Positions 1 to 8,943 of a stretch of DNA of 32,000 nt are shown one piece after another (the stretch's first letter is position 1; each line of letters starts with the position of its first letter). The notes below the pieces were generated by a model. The model did no database searches. It was not told where the DNA came from and was given only the letters and a program-made list of their open reading frames with translations. Origin of the DNA: Vibrio vulnificus CMCP6 (GTDB lineage: Bacteria > Pseudomonadota > Gammaproteobacteria > Enterobacterales > Vibrionaceae); assembly GCF_000039765.1 (NCBI RefSeq), contig NC_004459.3, positions 2,781,127 to 2,813,126 of the forward strand, given 5' to 3'. The translations under genes were made by a program, and so were the position numbers.

Positions 1-1007
1 ATAAACGCGGCGCCAGAGTAGAATTTGCCAAACATCATCACGCTGATCACTAACGAAGTCAATCTTAGTGCTCGTCCACTTCGCAACCAGCCTAGTCGGC
101 GTAAAATCAAAGCAGATAAACACGCCCAAACCGCAATAGGTAAGCTCGGAAAACCGAAACCATAACTTTGCGTCATCTCAAGCACTGGCCAATAGACATG
201 TGGCCTAGGAAGAGCAAACCCTTGTTGAGCAACCAAGCAAAGCAGTGACGTAGCAACAACGGCAAAAAACAATTGATAGGTAAAATCTCGGCCAAAACGC
301 CACATAGCTAATGGCATTACCACTAAAAGTATTTCAGGCGAAGTCAGATAAATCGCGAAGTAGCTGAGCAACAAACCCAATGCGCTCAGCACTGGAGACG
401 ATGCAACAAACGCTTGTAGTTGCATTAACCAACCCAGCTCCACTTGATGATAACTTGGCGCCGATTCAACCAAATCATTGACGTAGGCCACCGCTTGATC
501 CGTCGCTTGCCCAAACATCTGTTGCACCATTGGCCATTGTTGCGGATAACGGTATTGACTCGCTTCAAGCGCCAAAGGAGACAGTAGCATTGCAGAGGCA
601 ATTTCGACGCCGTAGTGTGGGGCGAACCAAACCGGAAGCTCATTACCATCTAAACTATTGTTGAAGTTGAACGCCACTACCGATGAATCAGAAATACAGT
701 CATAGAATACCGCCTGTTCATTGTAGCCAAGCACTTTACCTACGGTAACCACCAGCCCGGTTTCTTCCCAAGTTTCTCTTTGCGCGGTAAGCGCAGGGTC
801 CTCACCCGCAATGATCGTTCCTCCAGGAAGAGAAATTTGATGAGTTAAGATCTCATTGACTAAAACCAACTTGTCATCTGCACGGACGATACACAGCGCC
901 CCTTTCAATCCCTCAGGTAATGAGGTTGAAGAGGTCGCAAAAGAGAAAGTGGAATACACCAATGAAATAATGAGACTGAATACAACGAAAAATGACCGCT
1001 TATACAC
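1..1007 (-). CDS. Exported NUDIX hydrolase fused to a polytopic PAP2-like membrane domain; 3' end runs off the left edge. GTG start at 1007, alternative TTG at 1016
   Basis: Absent from the supplied ORF track because there is no stop inside the window. My translation of the minus strand (codon first bases at 1007, 1004 ... 5) is open to position 1 and is bounded upstream by an in-frame TAA at 1020-1022. The N-terminus MYKRSFFVVFSLIISLVYSTFSFA looks like a Sec signal or anchor. Codons around 830-760 read GGTIIAGEDPALTAQRETWEETGL, a complete Nudix box (GX5EX7REUXEEXGU). From about 400 leftwards the protein is hydrophobic and polytopic (VLSALGLLLSYFAIYL, ALPRPHVYW, GFGFPSLPIAVW, FGKFYSGAAF) with PAP2-like motif spacing. 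Confidence 0.75.
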   Translation of the reverse strand, partial: MYKRSFFVVFSLIISLVYSTFSFATSSTSLPEGLKGALCIVRADDKLVLVNEILTHQISLPGGTIIAGEDPALTAQRETWEETGLVVTVGKVLGYNEQAVFYDCISDSSVVAFNFNNSLDGNELPVWFAPHYGVEIASAMLLSPLALEASQYRYPQQWPMVQQMFGQATDQAVAYVNDLVESAPSYHQVELGWLMQLQAFVASSPVLSALGLLLSYFAIYLTSPEILLVVMPLAMWRFGRDFTYQLFFAVVATSLLCLVAQQGFALPRPHVYWPVLEMTQSYGFGFPSLPIAVWACLSALILRRLGWLRSGRALRLTSLVISVMMFGKFYSGAAF

Positions 1008-1254
1008 GCCAGACAACCTTTACTTTACCTATTGTTTTATTTGTATCTTTTGAGAACGAAGCCATCGATTCGTACACCGAGATCTCTTTACTCAAAAGAG
1101 TTGGCGCAATAATGACAGGAAACTCGATATTTTTCGACCTAAATTAACTTCAATCTGCGAGATGAAAGCCGTATTGAACGTCGTATCTATCGTCCCAAAC
1201 CATAGCCACGTCTCTCGGTTGACACCCTACTTCACTCCTTTGTGTCTTTAGCCG

Positions 1255-1287
1255 TTAAAAAGAAACAAGCCTCGCAAACGAGGCTTG
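1255..1287 (-). terminator. Rho-independent terminator of the protease gene
   Basis: 9-bp GC-rich stem caagcctcg / cgaggcttg (1266-1274 and 1279-1287) with a 4-nt loop. On the minus strand it is followed by TTTCTTTTT (plus 1257-1265). It lies a few nt downstream of the stop at 1296. Confidence 0.8.
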
Positions 1288-1295
1288 TGGGTAAG

Positions 1296-2939
1296 TTAAA
1301 GTTTTGTCCAAGCTTGTTGCCAATTAGTGCCCACGCCTGGCTCATAGGCACTCGGGGTTGAACCACACCATAAGTTATAAGGCCATGACTTACACTGGTA
1401 TGTCGAACCTACATTAGTCACGACGTCACCCGCACTGTAGTTTGTCCCCGCCACATAAGCATTGGCATCGGTTGGCGGTGTTGGCTCTGGTGTTGTTGGC
1501 GGTTCGGGCGTCGTTGGGGGCTCTGTTGGTGTGGTGCCAGAGCCCGAACAATCTGAGCTACCGACAACTTGCCATACTCCCCACGGGCCAGAGTCAGACG
1601 GGTTATCCCCTTGAGTCCACCAGCCGGCTTTCCAAGATTGACCAGCCCAGCTCACCACGTCACCCGTGTTGTAGACTTTGCTTGCCTGCCATTCGTTAGC
1701 GCACGTGCCATCTGGTGGTGTGGTGGTATCTTTCGCGCTTGCCGAGACTTCCGCGCGATAGATCGTTGAGGTTTTGTCGATTTCAAATGATAACGCCGCT
1801 TTGGCCGTACCCGCGGAGCTTGCCCCGAACTCAATAGAGACACGACAGGTTTGACCATTAGAAAGCGTCGATAATGTACAGAGATCACTACTGATCACTG
1901 GCTTGGTGGCAACGCCAGATCCGGTCACACTCAAGCGGCCAACCGTAAAGCTGCCTGTGCCTGTGTTTTTGATCGTGAAAGTGTGATTTTTCAACTCACC
2001 AACATTGAATGCCGTGAGTGTTTGAGAAGGCGTATAGCCAACAGAAACGGTCTCTGAAGGCGGTGTAACATTACCGACAATGCCATCGACAAAGCTGCGA
2101 AGCGCAGCAATATCACTGTACACGCCGTATTTACCTGGGCGAGCGCAGCCAATGCCCCAACTGACGATGCCAAGTTGCGTAATGGAACCCGCTCGATTGA
2201 TAACGATCGGTCCGCCGCTGTCACCTTGGCAAGAATCTATGCCACCTTGTGGCACGCCAGCACAAAATGCTACGTCTCCCACATTGGCGTAACTTCCCCC
2301 CGCTTGGCGACACGTGGCATCCGATATCAATGGAACATCCACTTCTTGCAATACCGTTGGTGAGCTGCCACCTTCTGTCGTACGACCTAGCCCCGCCACC
2401 GTCAGCCAGTCACCCACCGCAGCGTATTGAATCAAACTGCCCGCCGCAATATCAACCGCCGTCACACCCTGCGGTATTTGACTAAGTTTGAGTAGTGCAA
2501 TGTCATTTTCAAAGGTCGATTTGTTGTAGGCGGGATGCATGTAGATTTGGCTGACGTTGGATCGCACCCCATCCGTACCGTTGTAAACCACGCCACCGAT
2601 TTTGACGGCGATCTGGCTTGGTAAATCGCCATCAACACAGTGAGCAGCCGTCAGCACATAACCATTGCCAATATAACTTGCCCCACAATAAGAGCGGTTG
2701 CTGTTACGGCTGACAATTTGCGTGTAGAACTTCCATTCACTCGCATTGGCGGGAGTACCGCCAACGATACGAGGCTGAATGTCATTCTGTTGAAAAACGT
2801 CTGTTTGCGTCTGTGAAAGAACCTCTGCACTGACCGATGCTGACAACATCATCAAGCTGAGCAGAGTAAGTTTCCCTGTCGATTTCAATGTCATTTCCTC
2901 TTGTTTAATCGGGCGCTTATTGCGCCACATATTAGACAA
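1296..2939 (-). CDS. Secreted trypsin-family (S1) serine protease zymogen with an Ig-like middle domain and two C-terminal CBM5/12-type chitin-binding modules
   Basis: 547-aa ORF with a signal peptide (KLTLLSLMMLSASVSA) and a pro-segment ending DIQPR followed by IVGGTPA. Triad contexts are TAAHC, NDIALL and GDSGGP. An Asp sits six residues before the catalytic Ser (DSCQGDSGGP), giving a trypsin-type S1 pocket. An Ig-like segment follows (FTIKNTGTGSFTVGRLSVTGSG...CRVSIEF). Two chitin-binding-type repeats (WQASKVYNTGDVVSWAGQSWKAGWWTQGDNP and YVAGTNYSAGDVVTNVGSTYQCKSWPYNLWCG) are split by a TPTEPPTTPEPPTTPEPTPPT linker. The track start at 2939 is TTG. ATG at 2930 or 2894 are alternatives; 2894 gives a conventional signal peptide MTLKSTGKLTLL. 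Confidence 0.9.
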   Translation of the reverse strand: MSNMWRNKRPIKQEEMTLKSTGKLTLLSLMMLSASVSAEVLSQTQTDVFQQNDIQPRIVGGTPANASEWKFYTQIVSRNSNRSYCGASYIGNGYVLTAAHCVDGDLPSQIAVKIGGVVYNGTDGVRSNVSQIYMHPAYNKSTFENDIALLKLSQIPQGVTAVDIAAGSLIQYAAVGDWLTVAGLGRTTEGGSSPTVLQEVDVPLISDATCRQAGGSYANVGDVAFCAGVPQGGIDSCQGDSGGPIVINRAGSITQLGIVSWGIGCARPGKYGVYSDIAALRSFVDGIVGNVTPPSETVSVGYTPSQTLTAFNVGELKNHTFTIKNTGTGSFTVGRLSVTGSGVATKPVISSDLCTLSTLSNGQTCRVSIEFGASSAGTAKAALSFEIDKTSTIYRAEVSASAKDTTTPPDGTCANEWQASKVYNTGDVVSWAGQSWKAGWWTQGDNPSDSGPWGVWQVVGSSDCSGSGTTPTEPPTTPEPPTTPEPTPPTDANAYVAGTNYSAGDVVTNVGSTYQCKSWPYNLWCGSTPSAYEPGVGTNWQQAWTKL

Positions 2940-3153
2940 GCAGATAAAAACCGACCTCCCAACTCGATTTATAAATTATTTATAGAGCTTGCGAGAGACG
3001 TGCAACATTCGAGCTAAACATCTTGTTACATTCACACAACAAAATGATCCGTTTCACACATTTATCTTACAAATCAATCAGTAATAGTCTTTTCATAAGC
3101 GAGACTGTTGCAATAACAGCGCAAAAGGAGTTGATCTCACCCAGAGTAACCAC

Positions 3154-3633
3154 TCAGTTTTTCAGCGATTTTCTCAACCAGTGGATATGCGGCTGAAAGC
3201 CATTCTTCTCGTACAAGGCAATCGCAGTTTGGTTGAAATCCCACACTTCAACAAACACTTGTTCAACACCATAATCACGGAAAGTTTGTTCGATTTTGGC
3301 TAATAGCGCCTCAGCAATCCCTTGTTGGCGAAACGGCTTACCAACGTATAACTCATCGACACTGCCCATAGGTAAAGGGCGGCTCACTGTCGAAATCAGC
3401 TCGCAAAAATGCCCTGACACAAACCCCACCACTTCCTCATCTACTTTGGCGACAAACACCAAACATTCAGGGTCATCGAGATAGCGAGCAATACTTTTCT
3501 CTTGCTCGATCTCTTCTGCGCTTTTAAAAAATTCAGGGCACTGTAGATGATGCTCATCATGCAAATCGAACATCAAATCATTAAGGGCTTCAAGGTCTGA
3601 AGGACGTGCCGCTGATAAGACGACTTTATTCAT
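3154..3633 (-). CDS. GNAT-family N-acetyltransferase
   Basis: 159-aa ORF of typical GNAT size with an acetyl-CoA-binding motif A of the form R-x-x-G-x-A (FRQQGIAEALLAKIE). Confidence 0.8.
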   Translation of the reverse strand: MNKVVLSAARPSDLEALNDLMFDLHDEHHLQCPEFFKSAEEIEQEKSIARYLDDPECLVFVAKVDEEVVGFVSGHFCELISTVSRPLPMGSVDELYVGKPFRQQGIAEALLAKIEQTFRDYGVEQVFVEVWDFNQTAIALYEKNGFQPHIHWLRKSLKN

Positions 3634-4261
3634 GGCTTATCTGCTACATATTCATAAAGTCTACATTGTAGTGAAACTGAGCGTAAAAATCCTTCTTAAG
3701 CACTTGAACTGTTTGCTTGTAGCCTGCCTTGCAACCGTTTTTCGAATCTTCAGTCGCGTTATCAATCTATCCAGCGATGAACATCATTTAAACCTTCGCT
3801 TGATGGCAGATTAACGAATAGATCTTGTGCTCGCTTTTGATAAACAACGCACAGTTCCGCTTAGGATCGAGTAAAGACAAATATAATCACGAAAACTGAA
3901 AAATCGTGAATTGCTCAAAAAGTCCTATCTCTCGTAAAAATATACAAGCATCGCCACCTTATAAAGTAATTTTATAATCAGATAATATTGACAAATGCAA
4001 CATTAACCATTTGTGTTGTTTTTTCGAGCTTGAGGCCAATTAACAATTAAGTCATTTAACAACTTACCTTTATATTGATAATTTCATTTCGTTGTCCATT
4101 CAGATTCAAATAATAAGACAAAAATTAAAACAATACTGTTGCAATAAATAATGTCGAAAATTAAACAAGTCAAATGCAAGCTATTAAGTAAACGTAAATT
4201 TTACATAGCAATACATTTGAACGATTAAAATCAATTTATTTAATCTTAATAGGAAACTAAA

Positions 4262-5449
4262 ATGAAGAGTTCATTTTGTTACACGACGTTATCTTTGATA
4301 ATATCAGGATGCCTTTTCTCAACCGCATCTTATGCTCAAAAGCCCGTAGAAGAAACAGCCACATCAACAACTATTCGTGCCGTCAATAAGGTAGGTGGAT
4401 TTGTCGCTAATATCAGCGCCTATACAAGTAATATCACACCCTATAAAGTTTCGTTTATTTCAGGAAAAGCCGGAGCGTTGGGTGCATCGTTAGGCGTTGT
4501 TAATACACTGACTAAAATCATTGTCGAGGCGTCGATTGAAGCTCAATGCCAATCAACTGAAAGTAATGACCAACTTGAAAATTATTGTGAAACACCACCA
4601 AGTTTCGTTCAAGATAAATTCTGCATCGCGAATACAGACAATGTTAATAAAAGCGATATTCAGGTTTTAATCTCTGATATTATTGTTCCCCGCTCAAATA
4701 ATGGCATTCAGCCTCAACAAAGCATCAACGTCCCCCATGGCTCAGAAGCTTGCATCAGCATTCCTAAAGAAGTGGGTAATGTCTCAGTGGTAAATGGCAA
4801 AAATCAGATGGTCGTTGACAGAGTGCTACCGATAGACTTTTTCTCTGGTAATTACGGTATGGTGATAAAAAACGGAAAACCATGGTTGAAAAAGAAAGCA
4901 CCGAGAGCTTTCTATAATATGACTCTTGCTCATAAGGCTTGCTACAGCATCATGCTCAACAGCTCATTTGATCTCGATGGCGGCGTGAGAAAATGCATGG
5001 ATAAACTCGCAAATGGCGACCGAGCCAAGCGCGCAGAGTTAGAAAAAATCTTCACCATCACAATGGACCACGCAGATTATCAAGAAGTAACCCGCACTTT
5101 GAAAAAGCGTGATTTGAATGATTTTTTACGTCATGCAGTCTATCATCAGAAACACCCATCTAATCCGGATATCTTTGTGCTAAGTGGTACTCTGATGATC
5201 GACGATAATACATACGCGACAATTGAGCCTATGGATATCTTCCGCGAAAATGGAGAACTCCTGCTTCCTGATAGCATTGCGGTATACAAAATTAATACCA
5301 CACCGAGAAATGCACCGAATCTTTTAGGTGAATCATCTGCACCCGATCCAGCAGTAATTGTTGATACAAATAGTGGACCGCTTGATTTTGCCACAGCAAC
5401 CCCAGTGGACAATAATATCCCTGGTAGAGTTGAATCTATCGATTTTTAA
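4262..5449 (+). CDS. Orphan secreted protein or lipoprotein of unknown function, inside an AT-rich islet
   Basis: 395-aa ORF preceded by AGGAAA 5 nt upstream of the ATG. The N-terminus MKSSFCYTTLSLIISGC contains a lipobox-like I-S-G-C; an alternative SPase I site is ASYA/QK. There are seven further Cys residues. I recognise no family motif. The flanks are very AT-rich and non-coding. Confidence 0.7.
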   Translation: MKSSFCYTTLSLIISGCLFSTASYAQKPVEETATSTTIRAVNKVGGFVANISAYTSNITPYKVSFISGKAGALGASLGVVNTLTKIIVEASIEAQCQSTESNDQLENYCETPPSFVQDKFCIANTDNVNKSDIQVLISDIIVPRSNNGIQPQQSINVPHGSEACISIPKEVGNVSVVNGKNQMVVDRVLPIDFFSGNYGMVIKNGKPWLKKKAPRAFYNMTLAHKACYSIMLNSSFDLDGGVRKCMDKLANGDRAKRAELEKIFTITMDHADYQEVTRTLKKRDLNDFLRHAVYHQKHPSNPDIFVLSGTLMIDDNTYATIEPMDIFRENGELLLPDSIAVYKINTTPRNAPNLLGESSAPDPAVIVDTNSGPLDFATATPVDNNIPGRVESIDF

Positions 5450-5462
5450 TTTTTCACTTGCA

Positions 5463-5492
5463 AAGCAGCACACTCGTGCTGCTTTAATTTAG
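5463..5492 (+). terminator. Terminator-like hairpin after the orphan gene
   Basis: Perfect 9-bp stem aagcagcac / gtgctgctt (5463-5471 and 5476-5484) with a 4-nt loop, followed by a T-rich stretch (taatttagtt). It starts 14 nt after the stop codon. Confidence 0.6.
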
Positions 5493-5730
5493 TTAATCAT
5501 CTTAAACATTAAAAGAATAATATTATTTTCTAAACACCCCGTTCATTTAACATTTTTAACAAAGTCATAAGTACGTATTTTTACAATCTCAAAAATTTAA
5601 CAACACCAACAAACCCAGCAATTATAATTTAAAAACATCTCAATTTTGCAATAAAAACTCAAACACGAACCAATATAAATCGAACAAAAATCATATGGCA
5701 ATCATAAATTAGTTTTATCACACGATAAGC

Positions 5731-5762
5731 CCCACCCAATATCGCTATAAATATTGGGTGGG
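5731..5762 (-). terminator. Hairpin just downstream of prpE; operon-end terminator or stabiliser
   Basis: Perfect 12-bp stem cccacccaatat / atattgggtggg with an 8-nt loop, 7 nt beyond the prpE stop. There is no clean U-tract in the minus sense. In the plus sense it is followed by tttattttt, so it could also stop read-through from the islet. Confidence 0.5.
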
Positions 5763-5768
5763 AATCGT

Positions 5769-7649
5769 TTATTTTTCTGGAAATAATCTGATCAACTCAT
5801 TAAGACTGGTCGGATCGTCAATGGTGGATGGCACAGCGTATTGTTCACCATCGGCAATTTGACGGATGGTACGGCGCAAGATCTTGCCTGAGCGCGTCTT
5901 AGGTAAACGCTCCACCACCAAGGCTTGTTTAAAGCAGGCAACGGCGCCAATTTCATTACGCACTTTGCCGACGAGTTCTTGCTCCAGCTCGGTTGGGTCG
6001 ATTTTCACCCCATCTTTGAGCACCACAAACCCTAGTGGCAACTGCCCTTTGAGCTCATCGTGCACGCCAACCACGGCACATTCCGCAACGGCAGGGTGCG
6101 CGCCAACAATCTCTTCCATTTCGCCGGTAGAGAGACGATGCCCAGCCACGTTAATCACATCATCAATGCGACCCATGATAAAGAGATAACCCTCTTCATC
6201 CAGATAACCGCCATCGCCCGAAACATAGTAACCCGGGAACTGGCTCAGATAACCCGATTCAAATCGATCATGATTGCGCCACACGGTTGGCAAGCAGCTT
6301 GGCGGCAAAGGCCTTTTCAATGCGACAAAACCTTGCTGCATCGGCCCAGCTCTTAACCCCATTTCATCGAGAATGTCCACTTGATAACCCGGAATAGGCA
6401 TGGTGGCCGACCCCGCTTTGACGGGCATTAGCTCAATACCCACCATGTTGCCTGCAATCGCCCAGCCGGTTTCCGTTTGCCACCAGTGGTCAATCACGGG
6501 CTTGGCCGTTTGGCTTTGAACCCATTCCAAGGTTGGCGGGTCAAGCCTTTCTCCCGCCATAAAAATCGTATCAAGCTTGGAAAGGTCATAGTTCTTTAGA
6601 TGCTCGCCTTGCGGATCTTCTTTTTTAATCGCTCGGAACGCGGTTGGCGCAGAGAAAAGAACATTCACTCCATACTCTTCACATACGCGCCAAAATGCGC
6701 CTGGATCCGGCGTGCGCACTGGCTTCCCTTCAAACAAGATCGTGGTGCAACCATGAATTAAAGGGGCATAGACGATATAAGAGTGCCCGACAACCCAACC
6801 CACGTCAGAGGCGGCCCAAAACACGCCATCCTGCGGCATATTGTAAATGGCGCTCATTGAATACTTCATGGCCACGGCATGGCCACCGTTGTCACGCACC
6901 ACCCCTTTCGGCTTGCCCGTCGTGCCTGAGGTGTAGAGGATATACAGAGGGTCCGTTGCCAATACCGGAACACAAGCATGTGGTAGCGCGTTTTCAACCG
7001 CTTGATGCCAATCAAGATCGCGTTCGCTGTTGAGCTGGGCATCACACTGAGGACGTTGCAGTACCACCACTTTTTCCGGTTTCCAGCGGCTGTCCATGAT
7101 CGCTTTATCCACCATAGGCTTATAGGCGATGACTTTGTTGATTTCGATACCACAAGACGCTGTCAGCACCACTTTGGGCTCGGCATCTTCAATGCGCACC
7201 GCCAGCTCATTTGGGGCAAAGCCACCAAACACCACTGAGTGAATCGCCCCCAATCGTGCACAGGCAAGCATCGCCATCGCCGCTTCTGGGATCATCGGCA
7301 TGTAAATCACCACGCGATCACCTTTCGTCACGCCTTGGTCAGCCAACATGCCAGCGATACGAGCCACGCGATCTCGCATTTCGAAATAGCTGTAGACCTT
7401 CTTAGTTTCGGTCACAGGTGAATCATAGATCAGCGCCGCTTTATCACCTCGACCTTGTTCACAGTGGTAATCGAGTGCCAACCATGAAGTATTGAGCAGT
7501 CCATCGGGGTACCAACGCTCAATGCCATTGGGATCATTGGCAAGAATGGTTTTAGGGAACTCAAACCAATCGATGTTCTTTGCTTGGGCTTGCCAAAAGC
7601 TTTCCGGTTGCTGCTTCGCCCATTGATATTCTTTCTGATAAGCAGACAT
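5769..7649 (-). CDS. prpE: Propionate--CoA ligase (propionyl-CoA synthetase)
   Basis: 626-aa ORF with the acyl-adenylate-forming motif YTSGTTGKPKG and Acs/PrpE-like length. It is the last gene of the prp operon. SD GGAGGAAG lies upstream of the ATG. Confidence 0.9.
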   Translation of the reverse strand: MSAYQKEYQWAKQQPESFWQAQAKNIDWFEFPKTILANDPNGIERWYPDGLLNTSWLALDYHCEQGRGDKAALIYDSPVTETKKVYSYFEMRDRVARIAGMLADQGVTKGDRVVIYMPMIPEAAMAMLACARLGAIHSVVFGGFAPNELAVRIEDAEPKVVLTASCGIEINKVIAYKPMVDKAIMDSRWKPEKVVVLQRPQCDAQLNSERDLDWHQAVENALPHACVPVLATDPLYILYTSGTTGKPKGVVRDNGGHAVAMKYSMSAIYNMPQDGVFWAASDVGWVVGHSYIVYAPLIHGCTTILFEGKPVRTPDPGAFWRVCEEYGVNVLFSAPTAFRAIKKEDPQGEHLKNYDLSKLDTIFMAGERLDPPTLEWVQSQTAKPVIDHWWQTETGWAIAGNMVGIELMPVKAGSATMPIPGYQVDILDEMGLRAGPMQQGFVALKRPLPPSCLPTVWRNHDRFESGYLSQFPGYYVSGDGGYLDEEGYLFIMGRIDDVINVAGHRLSTGEMEEIVGAHPAVAECAVVGVHDELKGQLPLGFVVLKDGVKIDPTELEQELVGKVRNEIGAVACFKQALVVERLPKTRSGKILRRTIRQIADGEQYAVPSTIDDPTSLNELIRLFPEK

Positions 7650-7714
7650 AGTGCTTCCTCCAGTATGTCTTAACGGTCCTTTTCACCTTGCTCTTTGAAC
7701 AAGTAAGCTAAGAT

Positions 7715-8941
7715 TTATTCAAAGAGATCGGAGGGAACACGCACAAAGCCCTCCATCAGTATGCGAGCGCTGCGGCTCATAATGGCTTTTTCTACCACCC
7801 AACCTTGTTCAGTGGCTTTTGCTTGAGCGCCGACTTTGAGCGTCCCAGACGGATGGCCAAAGGTGACGGCTTGTTTCTCGCCACCACCGGCAGCCAAGTT
7901 CACTAAAGTGCCCGGCACGCAAGCGGCTGCGCCAATCGCGACCGCTGCGGTCCCCATCATGGCGTGATGCAGCTTGCCCATTGAAAGGGCGCGAACCAGC
8001 AGATCAACCTCTCCTGCCTCCACCACTTTGCCACTTGAGGCTTGGTAACTTTTCGGCTTCGCGACAAACGCCACTTTTGGGGTGTGCTGGCGACCTTCTG
8101 CTTCTTCAATCGAAGTAATCAAACCCATTTTTAGCGCGCCATAAGCACGAATGGTTTCAAACTTCGCTAACGCTTGCTCATCATTATTGATCTGCTCTTG
8201 CAGTTCCGTCCCCAAATACCCCAACGCCTCAGCATCAAGGAAAATGGTGGGAATGCCCGCATTAATGAGCGTGGCGTTAAAGGTGCCAATACCCGGTACG
8301 ACAAGATCATCCATCAAATTGCCAGTGGGAAACATGCTCCCCTCGCCATCGGCTGGGTCAACGAAATCCACTTGGATCTCTGCAGCAGGAAATGTCACGC
8401 CATCAAGAGAAAACTCGCCCGTTTCCTGCACCAAACCATGTTGAATGGGCACGTGCACTTCAATGGTTTTGCCAATGTTGGCTTGCCACACTTTCACCGT
8501 CACCACGCCATTTTGAGGAATGCGTTTTTCGTCAATCAAGCCAGCATGGATGGCAAATGGGCCAACCGCAGCAGACAAGTTGCCACAGTTACCGCTCCAA
8601 TCGACAAACGGTTTGTCGATAGAGACTTGACCAAACAGGTAATCAACATCGTGATCGGCGCGGCTGCTTTTGCTCACAATCACCGTTTTGCTGGTGCTGG
8701 ATGTCGCCCCGCCCATGCCGTCAATCTGTTTGCCGTAAGGATCTGGGCTGCCGATCACGCGCAGCAGCAGTTGGTCGCGTTTTTCCCCCGCAATTTGTGC
8801 CTCTGGCGGTAAATCCGCAAGGTTGAAAAACACCCCCTTGCTGGTGCCGCCTCGCATATACGTGGCAGGCACTTTCATTTGGCTCATCCGCGTATCGCAC
8901 CGTGCAGAGCTACGCGTAGAGGATTGTGTAGAAGGTTTCAT
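7715..8941 (-). CDS. prpF: 2-methylaconitate cis-trans isomerase PrpF
   Basis: The N-terminal PrpF hallmark ATYMRGGTSKGVFF is present, and the gene lies directly after acnD. ATG 8941 has AAGGAG 7 nt upstream and sits 2 nt from the acnD stop, suggesting translational coupling. ATG 8887 (MSQMKVPATYMRGG) fits the usual PrpF N-terminal length better, so the start is ambiguous. Confidence 0.88.
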   Translation of the reverse strand: MKPSTQSSTRSSARCDTRMSQMKVPATYMRGGTSKGVFFNLADLPPEAQIAGEKRDQLLLRVIGSPDPYGKQIDGMGGATSSTSKTVIVSKSSRADHDVDYLFGQVSIDKPFVDWSGNCGNLSAAVGPFAIHAGLIDEKRIPQNGVVTVKVWQANIGKTIEVHVPIQHGLVQETGEFSLDGVTFPAAEIQVDFVDPADGEGSMFPTGNLMDDLVVPGIGTFNATLINAGIPTIFLDAEALGYLGTELQEQINNDEQALAKFETIRAYGALKMGLITSIEEAEGRQHTPKVAFVAKPKSYQASSGKVVEAGEVDLLVRALSMGKLHHAMMGTAAVAIGAAACVPGTLVNLAAGGGEKQAVTFGHPSGTLKVGAQAKATEQGWVVEKAIMSRSARILMEGFVRVPSDLFE

Positions 8942-8943
8942 CG

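Noticed and set aside
425-1053. Track ORFs 425..649 (-) and 856..1053 (+)
   Set aside because: Both overlap the long open NUDIX/PAP2-like frame, in another frame or antisense. Their translations are Arg/Trp/Cys-rich nonsense with no SD, so they are shadow ORFs.
3991-4024. Terminator-like hairpin acaaatg/catttgt followed by gttgtttttt in the AT-rich region upstream of the orphan gene (possible sRNA 3' end)
   Set aside because: The stem is only 7 bp and AT-rich with a 10-nt loop. I could not define a convincing promoter or conserved upstream transcript, and such structures are easily produced by AT-rich sequence. It may be worth a look only if RNA-seq shows a transcript.
3104-4147. 13-mer actgttgcaataa present at 3104-3116 and 4135-4147 (related ttgcaataaa near 5645)
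   Set aside because: In a 32-kb window several 13-mer coincidences are expected by chance, more so in AT-rich DNA. There is no symmetry or consistent position relative to genes.
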